Shown in pieces: positions 18,840 through 31,535 of a stretch of DNA of 64,000 nucleotides (position 1 is the stretch's first letter; each line of letters opens with the position of its first letter). Origin of the DNA: Myxococcota bacterium (GTDB taxonomy: Bacteria; Myxococcota_A; UBA9160; JAFDDA01); the NCBI GenBank assembly GCA_965228475.1, contig OZ245817.1:4832001-4896000 (forward strand), in the 5' to 3' direction. Below the pieces are notes generated by a model. The model worked only from the letters and a program-made list of their open reading frames with translations. It made no database searches and was not told the origin of the DNA. A program made the translations under genes and the position numbers.

Positions 18840-20375
18840 CTAGAACTCGTAGATCACGTCCACGCCGGCCACGAACTGATCCGAGTCGCCGCCCCGGACG
18901 TTGCCGGTCGCTTCGCTCGTGCGCTCGTTGAAGATCGAGTCCGTGCAGGCGCGAGCGTTGGCCGGACCGCCGGCCCTGCGGCAGAACCGCTCGTAGTCGT
19001 CCCAGCGGATCTCGCCGCGCACCTTGATCTGATCGGAGAGCTGGTAGTGCAGCGTGCCGGTGATCGAGAGCGCTTCTTCGTCGAAGCCCGCGCTGCGGCG
19101 CAGGACCACGCCGGCGGGCAGGCCCGTAACGAGCGGACCGGTCGGTGCGGCGAAGGCGCCGAAGGTCGGCGAGAAGCCCGTACCGCTCGGGTTCTCGACC
19201 TGGGCGAAGTCCACGCGCAGGGTGGCGCCGATGCGCTCGTTGATCGTGTAGTGGCCGCCGACGGAGATGCCCCAGCCATCCGGGTCCGCGCCGTCGGGGT
19301 TGCGCCACTCGCGGTCGAAGTTCATCCACAGGTTGAGATCCGTGAAGGGATCCCAGGTGAAGATCACGTCGAGCACCGTGCGCTTGTCGCTCTCGCTGCC
19401 CGCGAACTCCGGACCCGTGATGCCCGCCACCGCGATCGACCAGTTCTCACCGGTCATGCGGATGCGGCCGGTGTAGGTCTTGTCGTGGTTGATGTCCGGG
19501 TCGTCCGGAGCGAAGCCGTTCACCACGCCGAGGTCGAGATCGATCACGCCCTCGCTGCCGAGGAAGTGGAAGCGGCGGTCGACCGTCTTCGACATCAGGA
19601 AGCCCAGGTGATCGACGGGCTGGAACGTCGCCCACAGGATGCTGCGGGAGATGTTGTAGTTGTAGGGCGCCTGCGCGACCTCGTAGCCGAGGAGCGTGGC
19701 GACCTTGCCGAGGGTCAGCTTCACGTCGCCGATCTTCGGGGCGTCCCACAGGTACTGGATGTTCGCCTGGTGGACGTAGATGTCGTCGTCCGAGTCGCCG
19801 CTGGCGAAGTTGCCCGAGAGCAGGTCCGCGACCTTGCCGAGCACGATGTCGGCGCGGAAGCCGGAGCGCTGCTCGGGGCTGACGGGCCGCTCGAGCTCGA
19901 ACCAGAGCTGATCGAACGAGAAGCCCTGGGCGTCCGGGTTGAGCGGGTTGAAGGCGCCGCCGCCGGCGAGGCCGCAGGTCGCGCCCGAAGCCGTCGCGCC
20001 GTTGCCGGTGTTGGCGTTGTTCGACGCCGACGCGCCGGCGCAGGCCTCGCCGTTGCCCGGCTGGTTGAAGTTGTGCCAGTAGCTGATGTTGACCCAGCCA
20101 CCGATCTCGAGGGACTGGAGGAAGGAGTCGATGCCCGAGGCGCCGTCGTCGTCGACCTTCAAGCCCGCGTTCGACATGACCTGCTTCTGCTGATTCACCT
20201 GGTCGGTGGCCGCCTCGAGCTGATCCGTCGTGTTCGTGAGCTTGTCTTCGAGCAGCATCAGACGCTCTTGCATCTGCCGAAGCTGCTCCTGAACCTGGGC
20301 GTCGTCGGCCGACGCAAGCTGCGGGGCAACGACGAATGCCGTGGCCACCAAGAGGCTGATCCAGCCGGAGCGCAT
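18840..20375 (-). CDS. Outer-membrane beta-barrel porin (BBP2/OmpL-like), paralog 2
   Basis: Homologous to paralog 1 (FDQLWFE, EVAQAPYN.NI.RS, QP.DH.G); terminal YEF; GAGGAGG RBS. Confidence 0.8.
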   Translation of the reverse strand: MRSGWISLLVATAFVVAPQLASADDAQVQEQLRQMQERLMLLEDKLTNTTDQLEAATDQVNQQKQVMSNAGLKVDDDGASGIDSFLQSLEIGGWVNISYWHNFNQPGNGEACAGASASNNANTGNGATASGATCGLAGGGAFNPLNPDAQGFSFDQLWFELERPVSPEQRSGFRADIVLGKVADLLSGNFASGDSDDDIYVHQANIQYLWDAPKIGDVKLTLGKVATLLGYEVAQAPYNYNISRSILWATFQPVDHLGFLMSKTVDRRFHFLGSEGVIDLDLGVVNGFAPDDPDINHDKTYTGRIRMTGENWSIAVAGITGPEFAGSESDKRTVLDVIFTWDPFTDLNLWMNFDREWRNPDGADPDGWGISVGGHYTINERIGATLRVDFAQVENPSGTGFSPTFGAFAAPTGPLVTGLPAGVVLRRSAGFDEEALSITGTLHYQLSDQIKVRGEIRWDDYERFCRRAGGPANARACTDSIFNERTSEATGNVRGGDSDQFVAGVDVIYEF

Positions 20376-20606
20376 TGGGTTTCCTCCTCGGGTATCTGAT
20401 GCGCGGCGTCCGGGCCTGGGCCCCGGACAAGAGATCGGGATGCGGATACGCTCGGCCGGCCCGCTGGCCGGAACTCGCCCACACCCCCTAGTAGCGGTCC
20501 CACCCCGGGATACGAAATTCCCCCGGCCATTGCAATCGTTTACGGCGATTTCTTGCGGTTCGGCTGCCGCCGCCGAGTGCCTTTCCCTACGCGGAAGCGG
20601 GGCCGC

Positions 20607-21314
20607 TCACCGGGCGACGGGCCGCGCCTCGGCGGCGTCGAGCCAGCGCAGGGTCCGCGGGCAGGGAAGCGGGCCACCCGGGCCGGCGCCGCGCAGGCCG
20701 GCCAGGCGTGCGAGATCCTCGGCGGTGTCGAGATCGAAACACGGTTCGACGCGGTGACACGAGAGGCCCGCCGCCTCTGCCCGCTCGAGCGTGGCGTCGA
20801 GCACCCCGGCGTGGCTCATGGCGTGGTCGAACAGGCCGTCGACCGGGCGCCGCAGACCGAGCAGGCTGTAGCCGCCGTCGACGTCCGGGCAGACCACGAG
20901 GTCGTGCTCGTCGAGCCCCGCGCAGACCTCGGCGATGCGTTCGGCCGGGAGTGCGGGGCTGTCGCTCCCGCGCAGGAGGATCCGCTGCGCCCCGCCCGCC
21001 GCGCACTCGGCGACCGCATGCGCCATGCGGGCCGAGAGGTCTTCGCCCTGCTGGGCGACCACGCTGAAGGCCGAGGGCGCGCGCCGGGCCATCTTCGCGC
21101 GGGCGCCCTCGGGCGCCACGGTCAGGATCGGCGCGAGGCCGATCGCCTCCGCGGCCCGCGCGGAGGTCTCGAGCACGTCGTCGAGCATGCAGGCGTAGAG
21201 CTCGGCGGCCTGTTCCGGAAGGAGCGGCGGGCAAAGGCGCGTCTTCACCTGCCCGGGCGCGGGAGCCTTCGCGAAGACGACCAGGACGCCGCCGGCCTCG
21301 CGGGTCGCCGTCAC
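20607..21314 (-). CDS. DUF2064/TIGR04282-like nucleotide-diphospho-sugar transferase-fold protein
   Basis: VFAKAPAPGQVKTRL, QQGEDL..RM, GSDSP, DGGY.L.G, DLDT. Confidence 0.8.
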   Translation of the reverse strand: MTATREAGGVLVVFAKAPAPGQVKTRLCPPLLPEQAAELYACMLDDVLETSARAAEAIGLAPILTVAPEGARAKMARRAPSAFSVVAQQGEDLSARMAHAVAECAAGGAQRILLRGSDSPALPAERIAEVCAGLDEHDLVVCPDVDGGYSLLGLRRPVDGLFDHAMSHAGVLDATLERAEAAGLSCHRVEPCFDLDTAEDLARLAGLRGAGPGGPLPCPRTLRWLDAAEARPVAR

Positions 21315-22288
21315 GATGCAGGCAGGAAGGGAAGCGCGCTCACGCGAACCGGGCCCGCTTCGCTCGCGAGTTCCGTGCCCTCGTCCTCGTGCTCGCGTCG
21401 AACGAAGCCGAGCCCGATCGCGCCGGCCTCGGCGGAGAGTGCGGTGCTCGTCACCTCCCCCGCACGCTTGCCGTTCGCGTCGCTGAGCTCGAGACCCGCG
21501 GGCGGCAGCTCGCCGGAAAAACGCAGACCGACGAGCAGGTGGTTCACCTGTCCGCGCGAGCGGATGCGCTCGACGATCTCCTGCCCCGTGTAGCAGCCCT
21601 TCGTCGTCGAGATCGCGTGGTGCAGGCGCGCTTCGGCGGGGAAGACGTCTTCGTCGAGCTCGCTGCCGAGGCCCGCCACGCCCGACTCGACGCGGAGGGT
21701 CTCGCGAACGGCTTCGTCCGCTTCGATCAGTCCGGAAGCAGACCCCGCAGCCAGGAGCGCCTCGCGAACGGCCGAAACTTCGGGACCCGGCACGAAGAGC
21801 TGACACGCCGGCAGGTTCGTGAAGCCGAACCGCCACGCGAGCACGTCGACCCCCGCCACGGCGGTCTCGACGGCGCCGAACTCCGCAGAAGGAAAGGCCG
21901 CCCCCGCGGCTTCGAGCACCGCCGCGGTCGCCGGGCCCTCGAGGCCGAGGCGAGCGAAGCCCGGCGTCGCATCGGCGAGGGCGACGTCGTCGGCCACGAT
22001 GTAGCGGTCGAGGCGCGCGTGCACCGCCTCCTGCACGCTCGCGCCGGTCTCGAGCCAGAAGCGGTCGCCTCGCGCGAGCACGCGGAGGTCCGCGATGATG
22101 CGGCCCTTCACCGTCAGCACCGTCGCGTAGCAGCCTTCGCCCGCGGAGAGGGCGGCGACGTCGTTGCTGATCTGGCCCTGGAGCCAGCGCACGCGGTCGC
22201 CGCCGGTGACCTCGAGGATCACGCGGTCTTCGTGAGCGAAGAGGCCGGCGCCGGCGCGGACCTGGCGCGTGGCCTCCGCGGCGCTCAC
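21311..22288 (-). CDS. YgfZ/GcvT-family folate-binding protein
   Basis: GGDRVRWLQGQISND, KGCYTGQE signature. Confidence 0.88.
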   Translation of the reverse strand: MSAAEATRQVRAGAGLFAHEDRVILEVTGGDRVRWLQGQISNDVAALSAGEGCYATVLTVKGRIIADLRVLARGDRFWLETGASVQEAVHARLDRYIVADDVALADATPGFARLGLEGPATAAVLEAAGAAFPSAEFGAVETAVAGVDVLAWRFGFTNLPACQLFVPGPEVSAVREALLAAGSASGLIEADEAVRETLRVESGVAGLGSELDEDVFPAEARLHHAISTTKGCYTGQEIVERIRSRGQVNHLLVGLRFSGELPPAGLELSDANGKRAGEVTSTALSAEAGAIGLGFVRREHEDEGTELASEAGPVRVSALPFLPAS

Positions 22289-23292
22289 TCGCCGCCCCCG
22301 GCGCGGGCGGGGAGCGCGCCGTAGAGCGCCTCGCCGCGCGCGATCTGCGCGGGCATCCATTCTTCGTAGCGCGTGCGCGCGGCGTGCAGATCGTCTTCGT
22401 TGTCGATGTCGACGGCGCAGCCGCCCACCTCCGTGACGGCCAGTCGGAAGTTCGTTCCGAGCAGCCGCGACATCGTGCGCTCGACGCGCGTGAAGGGCAG
22501 GAAGGAGCGGATCCAATCCGAGAGCCGGTTCCAGCCGGCGCGGTTCGCGAAGGCGCCGAACTGCAGGAGCGAGAAACCCCAGAGCACCGAGAGCCCCCCG
22601 CCGTCCCGCGTCGCCAGACGCCAGGCCAGGCCGAGGATCGGCAGGAGCTGCTTCTGGTAGCGGTGCTCGTACATCTCCTCGATGTAGTTGCGGTGGCCGA
22701 GCTTCATCGGCTTCACCACGAACAGATTGCTCTGCCGGAAGCGGCCCTCGCCGACGTTGAAGTAGGCCATCTCGATGCCGGGCTCGCCGGGCGCCTTCGG
22801 GTAGAAGGGCTCCATGCTCTCTTCGGGCACGAGACCCGTCACGAAGTCCGCGCCGGTCTCGAGCGCGCGGCGCGTGAAGGCCGAAAGTTCGTGGGGCGTC
22901 GCGAAGGGGAGATCGGCGGAGAGGAAGAGCGCCGCGCGCTCCTCTTCGTCGGGGCGCGGGTCGCGCCCTTCGGGCGGCGCGCCGGGCAGCGTACGGCGGA
23001 ACGTCTCCCAGAGATTCTTGTAGAGGTTCCGGAACTGCGGAACGACGTGGAGGGACTTTTTCAGCGCGTCCCGAACGCCCGATTCCGAGAGGACGCTCTC
23101 GAGCCGCTCGGCGTTGCCGACGAGCCAGACCTCGCTCACCTCGGGAACGTCCTGGAGAGCCAGGACCGCGCGCGCCACCAGCGGCAGCCCGCCGACCTCG
23201 AGATACACCTTGCTCTCGCCGTGGACCGCCCGAGAGGCCTTGCCCTCGCCAGCGGCGACGATCGCCGGGATTCCTCGAGACACCTCGTTCAT
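22285..23292 (-). CDS. MobA-like NTP transferase family protein
   Basis: AIVAAG...SK, SADLP, DID..D. Confidence 0.65.
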   Translation of the reverse strand: MNEVSRGIPAIVAAGEGKASRAVHGESKVYLEVGGLPLVARAVLALQDVPEVSEVWLVGNAERLESVLSESGVRDALKKSLHVVPQFRNLYKNLWETFRRTLPGAPPEGRDPRPDEEERAALFLSADLPFATPHELSAFTRRALETGADFVTGLVPEESMEPFYPKAPGEPGIEMAYFNVGEGRFRQSNLFVVKPMKLGHRNYIEEMYEHRYQKQLLPILGLAWRLATRDGGGLSVLWGFSLLQFGAFANRAGWNRLSDWIRSFLPFTRVERTMSRLLGTNFRLAVTEVGGCAVDIDNEDDLHAARTRYEEWMPAQIARGEALYGALPARAGGGE

Positions 23293-23340
23293 GGGTTGGA
23301 GACTAGTCCGAAAGGCACTGCCTGGGGTCGAGACCCGGGG

Positions 23341-23416
23341 TGGTGGAGCCGAGCGGGATCGAACCGCCAACCTCCGCGTTGCGAACGCGGCGCTCTCCCA
23401 ATTGAGCTACGGCCCC
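23341..23416 (-). tRNA. tRNA-Ala (anticodon CGC), CCA encoded
   Basis: GGGGCCGTAGCTCAATTGGGAGAGCG-CCGCG-TTCGCAA-CGCGG...GGTTCGATCCC...CTCCACCA; G3-U70 pair. Confidence 0.96.
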
Positions 23417-23553
23417 GGAGACCGGACCCCCGCCCGGAGGGCGGAGAGGTCGGAGCCGGGACGGTAGGTCCCGGCCGTGGGGGCGTCAACCAGCCGCCAC
23501 CAAACGGGAAATGGAGGCTTGCCGCCGGGCGCCCGGGACCCCAGGCTTACGGA

Positions 23554-24009
23554 ATGAGCGTACAAATCGGAACCATCCTGGCCCCTCTCGACTTCTCCGA
23601 CCATGCCGACGGCATCCTCGACTGGGCGGTCCACCTCGCCAAGGCGCACGGAAGCCGCCTCGTCCTGATGCACGCCTACCACCTGCCCGTCGAGTTCCAG
23701 CAGATGGAGGGCGCCTACCTCCCCGCCGAGTTCTGGACCCAGGTGAAGAGCGAGGCCGAGAAGACCCTCGAAGGCCATGCGGCCCGGCTCCGCGGCGAAG
23801 GCATCGAGGTGGTCGTGAAGGTGGTCGAGGGCTACCCGGCCACCGCGATCGAGGACACCGCCAAGGGCGAGAACGCGGACCTCATCGTGATCGGAACCCA
23901 CGGCCACACCGGTCTGAAGCACCTCCTGCTCGGCAGCGTCGCGGAGCGCGTCGTCCAGAAGGCGCCCTGCCCGGTGCTGACGGTGAAGACGGGCGACGTC
24001 GACGACTGA
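23554..24009 (+). CDS. Universal stress protein
   Basis: ILAPLDFS, DLIVIGTHG.TGL..LLLGSVAERVV..APCPVLTV. Confidence 0.93.
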   Translation: MSVQIGTILAPLDFSDHADGILDWAVHLAKAHGSRLVLMHAYHLPVEFQQMEGAYLPAEFWTQVKSEAEKTLEGHAARLRGEGIEVVVKVVEGYPATAIEDTAKGENADLIVIGTHGHTGLKHLLLGSVAERVVQKAPCPVLTVKTGDVDD

Positions 24010-24038
24010 GTTCCCCAGGTTCGCGGTAGGATGGACGG

Positions 24039-24692
24039 ATGGTGAAGAAGCCCGAAGGCGGGGAGAGCCCGCGCGCGGTGCGCAAGCCGCAGCAGGCGCG
24101 CAGCCGGCGCACGCGGGAGCGCGTGCTCGTGGCCGCCGTCGCCTGCTTCGAAGAGGCCGGCTACGACAAGACCACCACCGCGGCCATCGCGCGCCGGGCC
24201 GGCATCGCCGTCGGCACGCTCTACGGCTACTTCCGCGACAAGCGCAGCATCCTGCTCGAGCTGATCGATCGCACGATCAAGGAGAACGTCGACTACGTCG
24301 CGAAGGAGCTCGAGCCCGAGGCCTGGGTCGGGACCGACCCCCACGAGAACACGCGCGCCCTGATCGACGCCGTCTTCCACACGCGCAGCCTCAACCCGGG
24401 CATGCAGCGCATCCTGTGGGAGCGCTTCTTCAAGGATCCGGAGGTGCGCGCCGCGATGGAGGAGCTCGAGGGGCGCGTGCAGGGCGCGCTCGCGGAGCTG
24501 CTCGCGCACCTGAAGGCGAGCGGCCAGCTCCGCATCGACGACGTCGAGACGGCGGCGCGCGTGATCAGCCTCTCGGTCGAGTGGATGGCGAACCGGCTGC
24601 TGCTCGGGGGCGACGAGCTCCAGACCGACTCCGCCGTCGCCGCCACGGCGGACATGATCTCGCGGTTCCTTTTCGAAGACCGTCCGGCGTAG
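24039..24692 (+). CDS. TetR/AcrR family transcriptional regulator
   Basis: TTTAAIARRAGIAVGTLYGYFRDK. Confidence 0.92.
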   Translation: MVKKPEGGESPRAVRKPQQARSRRTRERVLVAAVACFEEAGYDKTTTAAIARRAGIAVGTLYGYFRDKRSILLELIDRTIKENVDYVAKELEPEAWVGTDPHENTRALIDAVFHTRSLNPGMQRILWERFFKDPEVRAAMEELEGRVQGALAELLAHLKASGQLRIDDVETAARVISLSVEWMANRLLLGGDELQTDSAVAATADMISRFLFEDRPA

Positions 24693-24699
24693 AGCCCGA

Positions 24700-26358
24700 C
24701 TACTCCGAATCCTTGCGCAGCCGCGCGCCGAGGCTTCCGCCCGGGTGACGGGCGGCGTAGTCCGCGGCGGTGAAGTCGCGGGCATCCTCGAGGGCGGCGG
24801 AGAGCGCCGCCATCACCAGCACCTCGGCGGCGACGCTCGCGCGCGGCGCGAGACCGAGCCCGCCCCCCTCGCGCGAGACGCCGGCGAACAGGAACACGTC
24901 GGCGTTCCGCCCGAGCCAGGAGGCTTCGTTGCCGGAGATGCCGATCACGCGCACGCCGAGCCGCTGAACGGTCTCGACGGCGCCGCGCAGCTCCGCCGTG
25001 TCGCCGCTGTTGCTGATCGCGATGACGACGTCGCCCGCCGCCACCTGGCCGGCGCTGCCGTGGGTCGCCTCGGTGCCGTGCAGGAACGTCGCGGGCGTGC
25101 CCGTCGAGGCGAGCAGCGAAGCGCCGTAGCGCGCGACGTGCTCGGGCTTGCCGATGCCGGTGACGTGGACGCGGCGCTCCTTCTCCTCCGCGCCGCGAAC
25201 GAGCGCCGTCGCCGCGTCGAAGGCCGCCGGTTCGAGGCGCGCGCGCAGCGCCACGACCTCTTCGAGCATCACGTCCAGGGTCGCGAAGGCCTCCGCGGCC
25301 GCGCGGCCGATCTCGGCGGCGCGGGGTGCCGGGGCGAGCTCGAGCGGCGCGCCCTCGTAGAGTTGGAGCACCCGGTCACGGGCGGCGGCGGGGTCCTCGG
25401 GGAAGGCCCCGAGGCGTTCGCAGCAGGCCGCACCGCAGGCGTTCGCCAGGGCGCCGGCGTCGCGCCAGCCGAGCCCGGCATCGAGCGCCGCGAGGAGACC
25501 GCCGAGGAACGCGTCCCCGGCGCCGGTCGTGTCGACGACGTCGACGCGCGACGCCGCGAGGGTCTCCTCGAACCCGTCCGCGCAGATCGCGCAGCCGCGC
25601 TCTCCGTCCGTCACCACGACCGCGCGGCTGCCGAAGCGATCGCGCGCGGCGCGGGCGAGGGCGAGAGCCTCGCTCCCGGCCTCGGGGAAGAGCTCCGCGA
25701 GCGCGGACTTCGAAGGCTTCAGCACGTCCGCCGCGCGGAGCACGGCATCGAGCGCCTCGGCGCTGCCGAGCGCGGGCACGGCGGCGCTCGGCGGGAGATC
25801 GAGATCGAGCACGCTCGGCACGTCCGCCTCGCGCGCGATGGCGAGCACTTCGGCGACGGCAGCGAGCGGGAGCTGGGAGACCTCGGTCGTCACCCGGCGC
25901 GCGCGGCGGATGAACGCCTCGTGGTGGCTTCGAACGTGCTCGGCCGTGGTCTCGGCCGTCGCGCCGGGCGCCATGTAGATCGCGCGGCCGCCCTCGGCAT
26001 CGACGAAGATCTCGGCGGTCGAACTCGCCGAGCCGTCGAGCACGAGGTCGTGCTCGATCCCCGCGCGGTCCATCGCCGCACGCAGGGTCCGACCGACCGC
26101 GTCTTCCGCCTGCTTGCCGAAGATCCCGGTGCGCAGCCCGAGCGCCGCCGCCCAGCCGAGGTGGTTGAGCACGACGCCGCCGATCTTCTCGGAGACCGGC
26201 GCGCCGTCGTCGAGCGGAAGCACGCTCGCCTTCTCGTCCGGCCCGAGCACCCGCTCGACCCGGTGCATGCGGTCGAGGACCATGCTGCCGATCCCGGCGA
26301 CGGCGAGCGGGCCCGGGCGTCCGCCCTGCGCGTTCGTTCGGCGGGGCGCCTCGCTCAT
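24700..26358 (-). CDS. Fusion of PfkB-family sugar kinase and KdsD/GutQ-like SIS isomerase (no CBS domains)
   Basis: DTTGAGDAF; then VTGIGKP, LASTGTPA.FLH, ISNSGDT, HPGGSLG. Confidence 0.82.
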   Translation of the reverse strand: MSEAPRRTNAQGGRPGPLAVAGIGSMVLDRMHRVERVLGPDEKASVLPLDDGAPVSEKIGGVVLNHLGWAAALGLRTGIFGKQAEDAVGRTLRAAMDRAGIEHDLVLDGSASSTAEIFVDAEGGRAIYMAPGATAETTAEHVRSHHEAFIRRARRVTTEVSQLPLAAVAEVLAIAREADVPSVLDLDLPPSAAVPALGSAEALDAVLRAADVLKPSKSALAELFPEAGSEALALARAARDRFGSRAVVVTDGERGCAICADGFEETLAASRVDVVDTTGAGDAFLGGLLAALDAGLGWRDAGALANACGAACCERLGAFPEDPAAARDRVLQLYEGAPLELAPAPRAAEIGRAAAEAFATLDVMLEEVVALRARLEPAAFDAATALVRGAEEKERRVHVTGIGKPEHVARYGASLLASTGTPATFLHGTEATHGSAGQVAAGDVVIAISNSGDTAELRGAVETVQRLGVRVIGISGNEASWLGRNADVFLFAGVSREGGGLGLAPRASVAAEVLVMAALSAALEDARDFTAADYAARHPGGSLGARLRKDSE

Positions 26359-27443
26359 GCGGCGGGCGTGCGCCACGGCGCCTGCAGGCGCTCGCTGGCG
26401 AGGGAGCGGACTTCCTCGAAGACCTCGTCGAAGCGCTCCGCGTCGGGCCGCGCGAGCGCGGGGGTTCCCGGCGCGACGGCGTCGCTCGTGGTCACGCCGA
26501 GGGTCACGAGCGCGCGCTTCAGGCAGGCGATGGTGCGGCGGCCGCTCGCGGCCCGCGTGCCGACGCGGAAGCGGTCCACGACCTCGCGCACGGCGTCCAT
26601 GCGCTCGACGTCGCCGGCCCGGCAGACCTGCCAGGCGTGCGCCCACTCCCGGGGCAGCACGTTCGCCGGCCCGGCCACGACGCCGACCGGCATCTCGCCG
26701 CGCAGGCGGTAGCGCACCCAGCGTTCCATCACGCGGCCGAGCGGCCCGCCGCGGGGCCGGAAGATCTCGAAGATCAGCATCGCGTTCCCGACGTAGATCC
26801 CGAACTCGCCCCGGTCCCGGAAGTTCCGGGCGGCCTTCGTGTAGTTGCCGAGCACCTTGCGCGCGGCGGAGACCTTGATCCCGCGCACGAAGTCGAGCCG
26901 CGACATCTCCTTCACCTGACGCGTGCGGATGTGGGGCACGCGCGCGTCGATGGCGATGTCGGCGTTGTCGTAGAGGTAGACGGGGATGCGGCGCGGGGCG
27001 GCATCGAGCCGGTCCGCGATGTCGCGGCGCAGGAACTCGACCGGGTCGCGCACGTCGACGATGGAGAGCGGGGCAAGCACCGCGGCGTCGGCGCCGCAGG
27101 CGATGGCGAACTCGAGGTTCTCGAGGGTCTCGCTGCGCGTCGGGGTCGTGATCCCGGCCCAGGATTCGACCTTGCGCTCGCCGTCGGCCGAGAGCTGCGC
27201 GTTCACCTTGGCCACCTCTTCCGAGCAGACCTGGATCACGCCCTGGCGCACGTCGTTTCCGAGCTGATCCCACTCACCGGTCGTCCCGGCGGAGAAGACG
27301 ACGTCGGCGCCTCGCCCGTCCTGGACGACGTGGCGCACGAGCGCGCGCTGATCCGCCTCGATCAGCGCGCCCGACTCGTCCACCACCGTGACGACGGGAA
27401 CCGAGAGCCCGGGCCTCGGCCGAATGTCCTCGAGCGTCCTCAA
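26355..27443 (-). CDS. DHDPS/NAL-family class I aldolase
   Basis: GTTGEW, YLYDN, GIKVS (Schiff-base Lys); stop overlaps the kinase-SIS start. Confidence 0.75.
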   Translation of the reverse strand: MRTLEDIRPRPGLSVPVVTVVDESGALIEADQRALVRHVVQDGRGADVVFSAGTTGEWDQLGNDVRQGVIQVCSEEVAKVNAQLSADGERKVESWAGITTPTRSETLENLEFAIACGADAAVLAPLSIVDVRDPVEFLRRDIADRLDAAPRRIPVYLYDNADIAIDARVPHIRTRQVKEMSRLDFVRGIKVSAARKVLGNYTKAARNFRDRGEFGIYVGNAMLIFEIFRPRGGPLGRVMERWVRYRLRGEMPVGVVAGPANVLPREWAHAWQVCRAGDVERMDAVREVVDRFRVGTRAASGRRTIACLKRALVTLGVTTSDAVAPGTPALARPDAERFDEVFEEVRSLASERLQAPWRTPAA

Positions 27444-27553
27444 GCGAGAAAGTCCTCCAGACCTGATGACCGCGATCTCGCGACCGCAAATGAGCCTAGT
27501 GACTCACCCGGCGGCGGGCCACGCCGGGAGGCAGGGAAGCCCGCTCCGCGGCG

Positions 27554-30481
<2,928 letters not shown>

Positions 30482-30512
30482 GAAGCGGGCCCGGCGACGG
30501 GACGGAACGGAT

Positions 30513-31535
30513 TCACGAGGCGAACACCGTGCGGTGATGACGGCGGAGCAGGAACAGGAAGAGCGGGCCCCCGACGATGGCGGTGATCGCGCCGACCGGG
30601 AGCTCGCGCCCCGGCAACACCATGCGCGCCGCCGTGTCGCACAGGACGAGGAAGGCCGCGCCGCCGAGCGCCGAGGCCGGCACGAGCAGGCGGTGGTCGG
30701 GGCCGAGCACGAGCCGCAGCAGGTGCGGGATGATCAGCCCCACGAACCCGATCAGCCCCGAGACCGCGACCGCCGCCCCCACCATGAGCGACGTCGCGAG
30801 CAGGAGGATGCGCTTGTGCCGCTCGACGTCGACGCCGAGCTGGCTCGCGGACTCGTCGCCGAGCGCGAGGAGATTCAGCCCGCGCGCCAGAGGCAGGGCG
30901 CACGCGAGGCCGAAGAAGAGGAAGGCCGCGACCCAGAGCGAGAGCTGCACGTCGCCCGTCGAGAGGCTTCCGATCAACCAGAGGAAGATGCTCGCGCCCT
31001 CGGCGAGGCCGGCCACCGAGGCGATGAACACGATCGCCGCCGAGGCGAAGGCGTTGAAGACGACGCCGGTCAGGAGCAGGCCCGTCGTCGAGACCCGGCC
31101 GCCGAAGCCGGTGAGCCCGAACAGGAGCACGGTCGTCACGATCGCGCCGGCGAAGGAGGCGACGGGCACGGCGGATTGCGCGAGACCGATCGCCGTCCCG
31201 AAAGCGAGCACCGAGATTCCGCCCAGGGCCGCGCCGCCGGAGATGCCGAGGATGAAGGGGTCCGCGAGCGGGTTGCGCAGGAGCGCCTGGAAGAGCACGC
31301 CGGCGACGGCGAGGGAAGCCCCGACGCCCGCGGCCAGCGCCACCCGCGGGAGGCGGATGCGCAGCACGATGTCCGCGCTCGCACCTTCGGCTCCGCCCAA
31401 GAGCGCGCCGAACACCTCGGCGAGCGACAGGCCGCTCTGGCCGAGCACCAGGCCCGCCGACAGCGCCGCGGCCAGCAGCGCGGCCAGGGCGAGCAGGACG
31501 GAGACGAGCCGCGTCTTGGTGAGGGCGCCTTTCAC
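30513..31535 (-). CDS. FecCD/BtuC-family permease
   Basis: IRLPR, RNPLADP..LG.S.GA, GLIGFVGLIIPH. Confidence 0.92.
   Translation of the reverse strand: MKGALTKTRLVSVLLALAALLAAALSAGLVLGQSGLSLAEVFGALLGGAEGASADIVLRIRLPRVALAAGVGASLAVAGVLFQALLRNPLADPFILGISGGAALGGISVLAFGTAIGLAQSAVPVASFAGAIVTTVLLFGLTGFGGRVSTTGLLLTGVVFNAFASAAIVFIASVAGLAEGASIFLWLIGSLSTGDVQLSLWVAAFLFFGLACALPLARGLNLLALGDESASQLGVDVERHKRILLLATSLMVGAAVAVSGLIGFVGLIIPHLLRLVLGPDHRLLVPASALGGAAFLVLCDTAARMVLPGRELPVGAITAIVGGPLFLFLLRRHHRTVFAS

Noticed and set aside
20607..21314. Arsenosugar biosynthesis cluster suggested by the TIGR04282-like gene
   Set aside because: No arsM, radical SAM arsS or partner glycosyltransferase nearby.
23341..23416. 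tRNA-Ala as an integration site
   Set aside because: No duplicated 3' end of meaningful length and no integrase in the window.
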